Of a DNA stretch of 64,000 nt, positions 47,461 to 56,525 are shown one piece after another. Source of the DNA: an uncultured Candidatus Bathyarchaeia archaeon (GTDB taxonomy: Archaea > Thermoproteota > Bathyarchaeia > Bathyarchaeales > Bathycorpusculaceae); the NCBI GenBank assembly GCA_964591705.1, contig CAZQCX010000004.1, forward strand, positions 2,473-66,472, given 5' to 3'. Each line of letters opens with the position of its first letter. Positions within the stretch are counted from its first letter, which is position 1. The translations under genes were made by a program, and so were the position numbers. The notes beneath the pieces were generated by a model. The model was not told where the DNA came from and did not search any database. It saw only the letters and a program-made list of their open reading frames with translations.

Positions 47461-49113
47461 CTAGCCCAATATTACCTTCAGATCTGCATCGGGCGTGGTT
47501 ATCGGCATTATGTTGAACTTCTCCACGAGCACCTTTAGTATGTTTGGCGTTATGAAAGCTGGAAGGCTGGGTCCTATGCGGATGTCACGTATGCCAAGGT
47601 AGAGCAGCGACAGCAATATTGCCACGGCTTTCTGTTCATACCAAGACAGCACCAAGGAAAGCGGCAAATCATTTACCTCCACATGAAATGCATCAGCCAG
47701 AGCCTGAGCTACCTTGACTGCAGAATATGCATCGTTGCACTGTCCCATATCGAGCAATCTGGGGATTTCGTCGATGGTTCCCAGCTCCTTGTCAAAGAAC
47801 CTGAATTTTCCACATGCTAATGTCAGGATAATCGTGTCCTTCGGAGCCTTCTCAACGAATTCGGTGTAATAGCTTCTTCCAGGTTTTGCGCCGTCGCATC
47901 CTCCAACAAGTATGAAACGCTTTATGTGACCGCTCTTCACAGACTCGATTACTTTGCCTGCGATACCTAGCACTGTGTTTCGGCCGAATCCGACCATGAC
48001 GGTCTTGCCTTCTTTGTCCTCCGTGAAACCTGGCAGCTCCAACGCCCTCTTTATCACTTCAGAGAAGTCCTTGCGGTCTAGGTGTGGAATCCCTGGATAG
48101 CCTACCGGACCGGATGCAAAGATGTTGGCTTTGTAAGAGTCTACAGGTCTCTGCAGACAATTAGTCGTCATCAGTATGGCTCCCGGGAACTGGGCAAATT
48201 CTCTCTGCTGGTTTTGCCACGCTGTTCCGTAGTGACCGAAGAAATGCTTGTACTTCTTGAGTCCTGGGTAGCCGTGTGTGGGAAGCATTTCGCCATGAGT
48301 GTACACGTAGATTCCCTTGCCCTCGCTTTGCTGCAGGATCGCTTCGAGGTCAATCAAGTCATGCCCAGAGACCAAGATGGCCTTGCCTTTTTTCGTTCCT
48401 ATCTGGACTTTGGTAGGTACTGGGTGCCCAAAGGTCTCAGTGTTGCCGGCATCGAGAAGTTCCATTGCGCGGATGTTGATTTCCCCGCATTTCATCGCCA
48501 ACCCGACGAAGTCATTGACGCCAAGCGACTTGTCTAAAGGCGCTGCTAGACCTTTGTGCAGGAATTCAAAAACTGCTGGATCCTTCTTTCCTAAGAGATA
48601 GGCATGATATGTGTATGCGGCTACGCCTTTCAGCCCATAGGTCAGTAGCCATTGAAGAGAGTGCAGGTCTGTGTCGATGCTTGGGTCTGATTTGATGCCG
48701 ACAAGTTTTCCTTGAGCGATTAGCCCCTCTTTTTTCTTTTCCAGCACAAGGGTTGCCGGACCTCCTGTTGAGGGTAGCTGACCTCCAGCTGACTCGATCT
48801 TTTTCCGAAGTTTGTCTCTTAGCTTCGCAGCTCGTGACAGATAATTGACGATGCCGTCTGGATCAAAATTCACATTGGTCAATGTTGCAAACAATGCTTC
48901 ACTCGTAAAAACGCTCACATCCTCGTCGCTGATGCCAAGTTTCGCAGCCTCGGTCTGCAACTGTGACACCCCTCGAAGCATATAGACAAGAAGATCTTGT
49001 AGCGTTGCAACTTCAGGGGTCTTTCCGCAGACGCCCATGACGGTGCAACCTCTCCCTTGAGAAGTTTGCTCGCATTGGAAGCAGAACATCTGATTTTGAC
49101 TCAATCTTTTCAC
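47461..49113 (-). CDS. hcp: hybrid-cluster protein / hydroxylamine reductase
   Basis: N-terminal cluster motif CFQCEQT...GCTVMGVCGK, and 550 aa colinear with Hcp. Confidence 0.9.
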   Translation of the reverse strand: MKRLSQNQMFCFQCEQTSQGRGCTVMGVCGKTPEVATLQDLLVYMLRGVSQLQTEAAKLGISDEDVSVFTSEALFATLTNVNFDPDGIVNYLSRAAKLRDKLRKKIESAGGQLPSTGGPATLVLEKKKEGLIAQGKLVGIKSDPSIDTDLHSLQWLLTYGLKGVAAYTYHAYLLGKKDPAVFEFLHKGLAAPLDKSLGVNDFVGLAMKCGEINIRAMELLDAGNTETFGHPVPTKVQIGTKKGKAILVSGHDLIDLEAILQQSEGKGIYVYTHGEMLPTHGYPGLKKYKHFFGHYGTAWQNQQREFAQFPGAILMTTNCLQRPVDSYKANIFASGPVGYPGIPHLDRKDFSEVIKRALELPGFTEDKEGKTVMVGFGRNTVLGIAGKVIESVKSGHIKRFILVGGCDGAKPGRSYYTEFVEKAPKDTIILTLACGKFRFFDKELGTIDEIPRLLDMGQCNDAYSAVKVAQALADAFHVEVNDLPLSLVLSWYEQKAVAILLSLLYLGIRDIRIGPSLPAFITPNILKVLVEKFNIMPITTPDADLKVILG

Positions 49114-49206
49114 GTTCCGTGAAGAATGAACGAGGCAAATCGTGAAAATAGACCTTTCCCCGAATAGCTTAGGGATTGCAAAAAAGCAGCGGATAACGTC
49201 TCAATA

Positions 49207-49848
49207 TCAAACCGAGGATTCCTTTTCGAAATGATGCTCAAGAAGCCGCCGTGTCCCCCTGCGGATGATTTCGGAAAGTGTCGATGGTCTAATGCCGAGT
49301 TTGGCAGCAAATTGAAGAGTGTCGATTTTCCTTGGGTAATCAAAAAAACCCCCTTTCAAAGCAAGCCAGAATATTCGCTCTTGTTTCTCGGTTAAGACGC
49401 CCTGAATAGGCTCAAATCTTCCCATCCGGCGCACGTAGACTGAATGCCCAGTTTTCTCCAGTGCAGAGATTATGCTCGTGTAGGCTTCGAAAGTGGGAAC
49501 CATAAAGTTGTACATTATCTTGTCTCTGTCGAGGCTCTTTCCCGAAACCAAGAAGGCGTCTCGCGACAGTATCTCGCTGCAGACTTCACAGCCTTCGCTC
49601 TCGAACCACAGAGTAGGCGCACCCTTGGTCTTGCTTTTAGAAGCAACGATTTTGAAGCCTTCAGGAAGGCTCTTCATTCCCTCAGAGCCAATTTCTATCA
49701 AGTGCTTGACGGCACCTTTGGTTGAGCTTCTAATGTCAACCACTTTAAGATTCTGAAACCCTGCTGAGCCAAGCTTCTTGAGCATTCTGCACTGCTTGTT
49801 CTCGATTTCGATGATCACATGGTAAGGTTTGCGCCATGGTTCCACCAT
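49207..49848 (-). CDS. HTH_10 (bacterio-opsin activator-type) transcriptional regulator
   Basis: C-terminal LTEKQERIFWLALKGGFFDYPRKIDTLQFAAKLGIRPSTLSEIIRRGTRRLL is the Bat-type HTH. Confidence 0.75.
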   Translation of the reverse strand: MVEPWRKPYHVIIEIENKQCRMLKKLGSAGFQNLKVVDIRSSTKGAVKHLIEIGSEGMKSLPEGFKIVASKSKTKGAPTLWFESEGCEVCSEILSRDAFLVSGKSLDRDKIMYNFMVPTFEAYTSIISALEKTGHSVYVRRMGRFEPIQGVLTEKQERIFWLALKGGFFDYPRKIDTLQFAAKLGIRPSTLSEIIRRGTRRLLEHHFEKESSV

Positions 49849-49895
49849 TCAAGACAAGCCTCCCGCTGCAGGTACCTAATGAAAAGCCATAGATT

Positions 49896-51038
49896 TCAAT
49901 CTGGCGGCGGAGGTCTGGTTCCCAAAACAACCGCAACATCCGTTATTTGATTCCCGCGAACAACGGTTATCGTCAAACTCTCTTTAGGCTGAGTCTTTTC
50001 TTCAAGATAACTCGCTAAGTCGTCGTTATTCCTGATCAAACTGCCATTCAAAGCGATAATTATGTCATCAACTTGCAGTCTTCCTTCCGAGGGACCGCCC
50101 TTGGTTATGGAAGCTATCCTCCAACCATAGGTGACTCTGGCGCCGATTTTCTGTGCAGCTGAATAGCTCATGTCGGTTCCTGAGACACCGAGATATGAAT
50201 GACCACGAAAACTCCCAGTAGATATAAGAGAAGAAATCTCTCGGAGGAGAGTGTTCGAGGGAACGGCAAATCCCAAGCCCTGAGAATCCGACACTATGGC
50301 AGTGGTTATGCCCACAACTTTGCCTAGAGCATTGAGTAATGGACCACCAGAATTGCCGGGATTGATTGGCGCACTAGTTTGAATTACGTTTGCAATGGCA
50401 AATCCGCCGGCGGAGTCTTCGACTATTGTCCTGCCAACTGCGCTAACGACGCCAGTAGTTAGGGAGCCTACTAGCCCGTAAGGGTTTCCTATTGCAATAA
50501 CTTGGTCGCCTACTCGCAACGTGGAAGAACTGACGACATCAACAGGTTTGAACTCGCTGGCTGGAGCGCCCTGAACCGCAAGCACGGCCAAGTCAGCATA
50601 AGCATCTCTCCCTAGGACGCTGGCAGCGTATCCGTTGCCGTTCGAGAAAGTGACGCTCAAGCTATCAGCGCCAGCTATGACATGATTGTTGGTGACTACA
50701 ACCATCCTGCCAGAGAAATTGTAAACAAAACCTGACCCCTGAACTCCACCCTCTGCCTTTGTTCCATATATCAGCACAATGGAATCCCGCACACTTGAAT
50801 ATATGGATGCCAGAGCGGTTGAGTCTTGGTAAAGCGTGATGTTCTGATAGGAAAAGGTCTGTCCGCCGCCAGTAAGAACAGATAGTCGACTCTCGAGAAT
50901 TGCAACATCCTCGCTTAACTTGTTGATTTCCTCGTAATTGATGTAGAAAGTTGCCAAGCCACCGACGAGCAAACCCGCTGCAAACAGAAGCGCGAGAAAG
51001 CTGAGTGAACTTATTCCTGGATCTCGTTGCCCCTGCAT
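49896..51038 (-). CDS. htrA: HtrA/DegP-family serine protease with PDZ domain, membrane anchored
   Basis: Catalytic His TNNHV, Ser motif GNSGGPLL, C-terminal PDZ (DIIIALNG). Confidence 0.85.
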   Translation of the reverse strand: MQGQRDPGISSLSFLALLFAAGLLVGGLATFYINYEEINKLSEDVAILESRLSVLTGGGQTFSYQNITLYQDSTALASIYSSVRDSIVLIYGTKAEGGVQGSGFVYNFSGRMVVVTNNHVIAGADSLSVTFSNGNGYAASVLGRDAYADLAVLAVQGAPASEFKPVDVVSSSTLRVGDQVIAIGNPYGLVGSLTTGVVSAVGRTIVEDSAGGFAIANVIQTSAPINPGNSGGPLLNALGKVVGITTAIVSDSQGLGFAVPSNTLLREISSLISTGSFRGHSYLGVSGTDMSYSAAQKIGARVTYGWRIASITKGGPSEGRLQVDDIIIALNGSLIRNNDDLASYLEEKTQPKESLTITVVRGNQITDVAVVLGTRPPPPD

Positions 51039-51248
51039 TTGTTAGATCCTCGTATTCACATTTTGTGAACCCTTGAAATAAAAGGTTACTAGCCTAGGCA
51101 GTTTCTACAACGCAAGATCAGCCGAAGGTGATAGTTGCCAAATCCATTAAGCCCATAAGAAAAAAAGGATTGAGGTCCAGAATGATCGGACCGAGCAGCC
51201 TTCTGGATAGTCGACAATGGGTCCAGCGAAAAATGACTCTTCGATAAA

Positions 51249-52247
51249 CTACCTTCTAAGATCAATTATGTCTAAAGCGTCAGGTCCCGTGCCTATCAGA
51301 ACCAGCGGAACTCTGGTTCGATCTTCAACTTCCCTCAGAAATCGCCTAGCTTCGCTCGATAAAGCTTCCAGTTTCCTTGCACCTCGACACTCTGGGAACA
51401 AACTATCAAGTTTTGTAAGCGCTGCATGTGTCGCTCCGTTTATTTTGGCTGTTTTTCTTGCTAGGTCAAAATCAAACGGTGCAGAGCGTCTGTCCCGTCC
51501 CGTGCCTGCAGCAGTCTCGAACCAACCTCTTTTTTGCGCTTCTTCTTTGGTTAATTCTCCAGGCATTGGTCCCGCTCCAACTCGCGTCATGAACGACTTG
51601 TACACTATGATCACGTCATCGACTCTAGTGGGGCCCACTCCTGCCTCTGACGCGATAGCTGAAGCCCCAGTGTCTCTGCCAGTGACATAGGGATATGTGC
51701 CAAAGTAAAGCGAAAGCAAGAAACCCTGAGTACCTTCAAGCAGAACCTTCTTCCCAGCATCGATCCCCTTGTTGATCTCGGTCACACTGTCTGTCAGAAA
51801 AGGCGTAAGCTCAGGAATATCACGGGCAAGCTTCGCTGTTCTTCTAACCCGCTCTTCCAGTGCGGGTCCAACGCCCCAGCCTGTGGTTCCAATTCCTTTA
51901 AAGTGAGCGCTCGTTTTGTCTTGGACCGCGTGTTTCTCCTCTATTATGGATGCCTGCAGGTCAACTCCTATGCGGTCTTTAACATTTGTTAACTCCACTT
52001 CTTTTAGAAATTGTGGAACTTGAACGTTAGCCCCAGCGCTAATGAGCAGGCGGCATTTTGAATATAGAAATGCAGCGGGGACCATGTGAAGCGCATACCT
52101 TTTTTCTCCGTCCCAGACTGTGTGGGCAGCATTAACAGACCCTGTTCTAACGCAGAAATCCAGTCTGTCTTTCAATGCAAGGTAAGAAATTATCTTTCCT
52201 TTGCCTTCATCTCCCCAGAATGCACCTACGATGATCGTGCAGGGCAT
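51249..52247 (-). CDS. purA: adenylosuccinate synthetase (short archaeal form)
   Basis: P-loop GDEGKGK, GIGTTGWGVGP, LTKLD. Confidence 0.85.
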   Translation of the reverse strand: MPCTIIVGAFWGDEGKGKIISYLALKDRLDFCVRTGSVNAAHTVWDGEKRYALHMVPAAFLYSKCRLLISAGANVQVPQFLKEVELTNVKDRIGVDLQASIIEEKHAVQDKTSAHFKGIGTTGWGVGPALEERVRRTAKLARDIPELTPFLTDSVTEINKGIDAGKKVLLEGTQGFLLSLYFGTYPYVTGRDTGASAIASEAGVGPTRVDDVIIVYKSFMTRVGAGPMPGELTKEEAQKRGWFETAAGTGRDRRSAPFDFDLARKTAKINGATHAALTKLDSLFPECRGARKLEALSSEARRFLREVEDRTRVPLVLIGTGPDALDIIDLRR

Positions 52248-52414
52248 GGCTATTCACCGCTGAATGCTCTTGTCAGCACTTATATAACTAATTCGCTCGT
52301 AATCTCGGTTGTCTTAGGCAGAAAACTTCCTGAGAATCAGGCAAGCTGGAAATTTGTGGTTTACGAATTCAACAACGAGGGGCTGAAACGCTAAAATGAA
52401 CTTGGTTAGTATTG

Positions 52415-52723
52415 CTAACCGGCTGTTTGGAAAAAGCAAAGGCTCAGCAGCTCGGCCCAGGCAATGCGATGTAGCGGAATCTGCGCGATTTCTCGGCAAC
52501 CGTAAGGGACGTACTCAAGAAGGTTGCCCTTTCCAATGGCTTTTTGCACTCTCCTAAGCTGCACGTTGACGATAACTGCGCCATCTTTCAAGTGTAGGTT
52601 AACATGCTTACCCAAGAAGGACTTGGCGCTATTCAGGCTGAAACTCTCCATATGAGCCTCACCAGTTACCCTCATTTTCAGCAATGCCGCTCCAGCACTG
52701 CCTGCAGATGGGCAGTTTCTCAC
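52415..52723 (-). CDS. hypothetical protein, weak Sm-like N-terminal pattern
   Basis: FLGKHVNLHLKDGAVIVNVQL loosely resembles an Sm1 motif. Internal ATGs at 52675 and 52651 are possible starts. Confidence 0.3.
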   Translation of the reverse strand: MRNCPSAGSAGAALLKMRVTGEAHMESFSLNSAKSFLGKHVNLHLKDGAVIVNVQLRRVQKAIGKGNLLEYVPYGCREIAQIPLHRIAWAELLSLCFFQTAG

Positions 52724-52938
52724 CTTTGAAAAGGATGTATAGTTTTATGTTTTCATTGCCACACCTATTCTTCCACGGGTTTTTGCAATGCTCCAATCAT
52801 CAATCCTCCGATATGTCTTTCCATGTGAATGAGACAGCTTTTAAAGCGCTTGCAGAAACTGCTCTGCAATTCTCCAGAGAGGTAAGTTAAAGTAAACGTT
52901 TAAACGTCCGTTGCTCAGCTTTTTGTATTGGGGTCACC

Positions 52939-53385
52939 ATGGCTTCCCTAACGGCGGCAACTGCAAGCCTGGTCGTGCAAATCGCAGTTCTCATCCTGCT
53001 AATAATTGCGATCTCGCTGAAAAACAAGAGACGGTACCGCCAACATGGAATCATCATGGCTTCAGCGGTTGTTCTACACTTGGTCACGGTTGTAGCTGTC
53101 ATGGGGCCGACCTTTAGTACGATCTGCACCACACCAGCGATAGTTTTCGACGTAACTCTGCTGTTGACAATCGTACATGGCACATTGGGAATCATTGCCA
53201 TAGTGTTTGGCATTTGGCTTGTTCTATCTTGGTGTTTCAAAACAGACCTCAAGAACTGTTTCGCCAAGAAAAGATTAATGCGTTCAACGTTCGTTTTGTG
53301 GTTCACGTCTGCATTGCTAGGGATACTCATGTACTTAATCTTCTGGGTATCGCAACTGTTTTCATTACTGAGAGGATTTCTCTGA
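52939..53385 (+). CDS. hypothetical 4-TM membrane protein (DUF420-like by appearance)
   Basis: Four helix-length hydrophobic segments separated by basic loops (KNKRRYRQHG). Preferred over the overlapping antisense ORF 52887..53393, which is not membrane- or globular-like. Confidence 0.45.
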   Translation: MASLTAATASLVVQIAVLILLIIAISLKNKRRYRQHGIIMASAVVLHLVTVVAVMGPTFSTICTTPAIVFDVTLLLTIVHGTLGIIAIVFGIWLVLSWCFKTDLKNCFAKKRLMRSTFVLWFTSALLGILMYLIFWVSQLFSLLRGFL

Positions 53386-53423
53386 ATATTCATCTCCTTT
53401 TTCCAGAAAATGGAAATTGCCGC

Positions 53424-54119
53424 CTAGATGTGAACTATTTCGGGCGTAACAGTATCTCTTGTAACCTTCAGCAAGGCAACGGAAGGCTTGCTCATAAACG
53501 AAATCGGGTTCGTGGCGCTTCCAGGGTTGACATACAAGATTTTGCCCTCCCATTTTATGCTCGGACTATGCGTGTGTCCGTAGACAAAAACATTGAATGC
53601 ATTCTTTTTGGCGATCTCCCGCATCCTACCCATCCCAAACACTGCGTTGGGGTCATGCATTACGCCTATCTTCCAGTCAGAAACCCTCAGGGAATTTAGT
53701 TTCGGGAGGGCGCCACTTACTTCTGGGCCATCCATGTTGCCGTGAACCGCTAGCACTGGTGCCAGCTGTTCCAACTCGTCGATAACTGCCAATTCAACCA
53801 AGTCGCCCGCATGCACAATGAAGTCAGCTTTCTCAAATGTGGCAAAAACCTTCTTTGGAATTGCCTTTGCTCTCACTGGGACGTGAGTGTCGGAGATTAG
53901 GCCAACAATTTTGGCAGGTGTCGTAGCGGGCACTTCGTGGGGGACTTGAGTCTGTTCAATAGTCATTGCTAGCCATCCAAGGATGCCGACAAGACAGACT
54001 AAGGTGGCAGAGATAATAAAGATTGGCGTTAAGAAAGCAATTGCCGTAGAAGAGCTGCAGAGTTGACTTCGTAGTCGACCTACGTGCTTTTGGCTAGGAT
54101 TAAGCCAAGGCAGAAACAA
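53424..54119 (-). CDS. metallophosphoesterase (YfcE/MJ0936 family) with N-terminal TM anchor
   Basis: Motifs SDTHVP, HAGD, HGNMD, GHTH. Confidence 0.8.
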   Translation of the reverse strand: MFLPWLNPSQKHVGRLRSQLCSSSTAIAFLTPIFIISATLVCLVGILGWLAMTIEQTQVPHEVPATTPAKIVGLISDTHVPVRAKAIPKKVFATFEKADFIVHAGDLVELAVIDELEQLAPVLAVHGNMDGPEVSGALPKLNSLRVSDWKIGVMHDPNAVFGMGRMREIAKKNAFNVFVYGHTHSPSIKWEGKILYVNPGSATNPISFMSKPSVALLKVTRDTVTPEIVHI

Positions 54120-54122
54120 GAA

Positions 54123-54647
54123 TCATTTCTTTTCGCTTTTGGTCTTCATGTTAGCTAGGTATTTCAGGTTGAAGGGTTTGATTATGACTCCAGGGCTGAG
54201 ATCCATATGGAAGGTCTGGGACTCCAGCAGGAAATCTGACAGGTTCATGTCAATGGTCCTTGCGAACTCTGCGTAATCGGAGTATGAACGATGAAGGGAA
54301 ACGCAGATTGAATCCCATCCCATGCCGCGGCCTTCCTGAACCAGCACCACGTTGGGCTGTCTCATGAACCATTCCTTCATTTTCTGGCTGGTTTTCTCTT
54401 TTTCGTCGCCTTTCTTGGACTCGAGCCTGTGCTTCATGAAAGTCAACGCTGCTATCTCGAACCCGATCTGCCCGAACCTTGGCAACACGGTGTACCCTTC
54501 AATGTAGCTCTCCCCAAGCATTGCTCTCCTTCGTGTCACTGTAGGCTGAGATACCCCCAGCGCTTTGGCGATTTGCCTGTCGCTCCTGTGCGAGTCCTTC
54601 ATCAACTCAAAAAGTAGGTTATGATCGATAGGTTTTAGTTCCTTCAT
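54123..54647 (-). CDS. Lrp/AsnC-family-like HTH transcriptional regulator
   Basis: N-terminal IDHNLLFELMKDSHRSDRQIAKALGVSQPTVTRRRAML is the Lrp/AsnC-type HTH. Confidence 0.7.
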   Translation of the reverse strand: MKELKPIDHNLLFELMKDSHRSDRQIAKALGVSQPTVTRRRAMLGESYIEGYTVLPRFGQIGFEIAALTFMKHRLESKKGDEKEKTSQKMKEWFMRQPNVVLVQEGRGMGWDSICVSLHRSYSDYAEFARTIDMNLSDFLLESQTFHMDLSPGVIIKPFNLKYLANMKTKSEKK

Positions 54648-54988
54648 GTTTTTCGCCTGACCTCTGTAAACCTTTTGTCATTCCATATATAAGCATCATG
54701 ATGGGCACTCCATGATAGACACGTTCTTACCGGTAGCATTGTCACGTTTCAGGCCTAGCAATCATGGAGCGAAATGTGTTCGCCAGCGGCAGAATATATC
54801 ACGGGCCAAGGATTTTTAACTGCAAGGCATTAATGACTGTGCTTTTGTCTCGCACAACAGAGTGCCCTCATCGACAAGAATGTTATCGGCGTCTTGTCTC
54901 AATCTTCTCCCACCGTCCTGCGCTAGAAGGATGAAAGAGTATTAAGAAGAGACCAAACAATAGATTCAGCAATTGGAGAAGCGGATAG

Positions 54989-55339
54989 TTGAGCTTCAGG
55001 TATCGGATGCATCCGAAGGTCAGCAAAGCTGAGATAGAAGTTTTCAAAGCGTTAAGCTCTTCTGGTTTGACAGAAGGTATGGTAACTCAGAAAACCATCG
55101 TTTTGAAATCGACCGTTCCTGATTTCTGCTGGCCCGACAGGCGAAAAGCAGTTTATTTGGACGGTTCTCAGGTGCACTTCGGAGACAAACAAGAGAAATG
55201 GGACGAGGAAGTGCGCGAACTCCTGGAGGGAAAAGGATGGGAAGTCCTCAGAATACCCTATGATCCCCCATTAAGCGACCAGAAACTGACGGAGATCGTA
55301 GCGGCGATTAGACGGCTGCTTAATCTGGATGAAAAGTAG
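54989..55339 (+). CDS. DUF559/Vsr-like restriction-endonuclease-fold protein
   Basis: VPDFCWPDRRKAVYLDGSQVH ... GWEVLRIPY matches the xDF..p....aIExDG..H ... Gw.vlR pattern of DUF559/Vsr-like nucleases. TTG start. Confidence 0.55.
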   Translation: MSFRYRMHPKVSKAEIEVFKALSSSGLTEGMVTQKTIVLKSTVPDFCWPDRRKAVYLDGSQVHFGDKQEKWDEEVRELLEGKGWEVLRIPYDPPLSDQKLTEIVAAIRRLLNLDEK

Positions 55340-55388
55340 ACTTTGCCAGTGGTTTTTTTCGCGTTCTATGTCCACCATTGGTATTCAA

Positions 55389-55405
55389 GGCGTCGGCAGG
55401 GGGAT
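55389..55405 (+). repeat. 15/17 direct copy of the 3' end of tRNA-Ser (candidate att-site remnant)
   Basis: GGCGTCGGCAGGGGGAT versus GGCGCCGGGAGGGGGAT at 56312..56328 (complement of the tRNA-Ser acceptor/T-arm 3' end). Same orientation. The two copies bracket vapBC. Confidence 0.35.
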
Positions 55406-55519
55406 GCCAGCACCAATTTGCCGGTAAACATTCAAATTTTGAAGAAAAGCTGTTAAGATGGCGCTCCTAGCCAGGCATTATTAGCAAAAAAACTCGATGA
55501 AGAAATGAAAAAACAGGAA

Positions 55520-55978
55520 TCACTGTTTGTAATCTGCTAGAAAAACAAGTTGGTAAGATTTCTTCAGAGCTTCCAGTCTCTGCAGCATTTCTTTTTCTGG
55601 TTTCTTGAAAATGGCTTTGCAATTGTAGATGCTTGATGCTGCCAAAACGTAACAGTCTGTCAAGGCTAGACCGTATTTCAATTTTGCATTGCCTGCCTCG
55701 ATTGCCAAATCCTTGTTTTCGGTTGGAATTGTTACTGATGGAAGTCTAAACAACCATTCTGTTAGTTCCGTTGCCAGACTCTGGGGGTTAGCGATCCCAA
55801 GCATTTGGTATATTTTTGCGCTAAAGTAGTACGTCTCAGAAAGCGTGGGATGCGAAACTAAAGCTTCAAGTTTACCATCCATGACGGCAGAAAATACGGC
55901 TTTAGCTTGCTCTTGGAACTCAGCCTCTTTATCAATAAATTCTAGTATGACGCTCGTGTCTATGGCGACTTTTGGCAA
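55520..55978 (-). CDS. vapC: PIN-domain ribonuclease toxin VapC
   Basis: N-terminal VAIDTSVILEF (first acidic residue of the PIN fold), 152 aa. Overlaps the upstream AbrB-type antitoxin gene by 19 nt. Confidence 0.8.
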   Translation of the reverse strand: MPKVAIDTSVILEFIDKEAEFQEQAKAVFSAVMDGKLEALVSHPTLSETYYFSAKIYQMLGIANPQSLATELTEWLFRLPSVTIPTENKDLAIEAGNAKLKYGLALTDCYVLAASSIYNCKAIFKKPEKEMLQRLEALKKSYQLVFLADYKQ

Positions 55979-56229
55979 TCGATACCCAACTCTTTTAGAA
56001 GTCTTTGTGTTTTGTCGCTTGTGGCTTTTGCCTCTTGCAATATTGGCTCTGTAATGTTTTGCCCTGCGCGAACGAAGACTTTTTTTGGAATTTCTTTGAA
56101 TGGTTCCAAAATGACTTTTCTGCCTTCTACTTGAACATTAAGGACTGTGCCTGGTGTAAGGTTGAGTTTTTCCCGCGTGTCTTTTGGTATGACGACTTGT
56201 CCTTTTTTTGAGACTAATGTTTTTGGCAT
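55960..56229 (-). CDS. vapB: AbrB/SpoVT-family antitoxin VapB
   Basis: KKGQVVIPKDTREKLNLTPG is the AbrB/MazE swapped-hairpin motif. Confidence 0.8.
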   Translation of the reverse strand: MPKTLVSKKGQVVIPKDTREKLNLTPGTVLNVQVEGRKVILEPFKEIPKKVFVRAGQNITEPILQEAKATSDKTQRLLKELGIDCQKSP

Positions 56230-56310
56230 GACTAGTTAGTAAGAATGTGATCTTACTTAAGTTTTACCCCTGTCTAAACTGCTGAAAAATACTTTGGATT
56301 GGCTTAAAAG

Positions 56311-56428
56311 TGGCGCCGGGAGGGGGATTCGAACCCCCGAGGCCCCGAGAGGCCACAAGCTTTGTGGTGTTCGCTTAATGGCTTCGCCATCTCCAGGCTT
56401 GCTCCCTACCTGGCTAGGAGACCCCGGC
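56311..56428 (-). tRNA. tRNA-Ser (anticodon GGA) with a 29-nt intron at the canonical 37/38 position, CCA encoded
   Basis: Hand fold. Acceptor GCCGGGG/TCCCGGC, discriminator G, D arm TCCT/GGGA, anticodon stem CAAGC/GCTTG, mature loop CT-GGA-GA, long variable arm GGCC-TCTCGG-GGCC, T arm GGGGG-TTCGAAT-CCCCC. Confidence 0.85.
56362..56390 (-). other. tRNA-Ser intron (29 nt)
   Basis: ATGGCGAAGCCATTAAGCGAACACCACAA lies between G37 and A38. Relaxed BHB: central helix (C)TGG/CCA(C) flanked by 3-nt bulges AGA and AAA. Confidence 0.65.
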
Positions 56429-56454
56429 ACTGAACAGTAATTCCATACCTTAGG

Positions 56455-56464
56455 TTTTATTATA
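56455..56464 (-). promoter_or_regulatory. TATA-box-like element upstream of tRNA-Ser
   Basis: Minus-strand TATAATAAAA ends 26 nt upstream of the mature tRNA 5' end, the spacing expected for an archaeal TATA box with a very short leader. Confidence 0.4.
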
Positions 56465-56525
56465 GTTTCTCAGGTAGTTTTTCTGTTGTATGCCCCTTTT
56501 TGACTTTGCCCCTTTGTCAGAAGCG

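Noticed and set aside
52887-53393. 168-aa minus-strand ORF overlapping the 4-TM protein gene
   Set aside because: The plus-strand product has a regular TM-helix/basic-loop pattern, while the minus-strand translation is compositionally odd. The choice remains only moderately confident.
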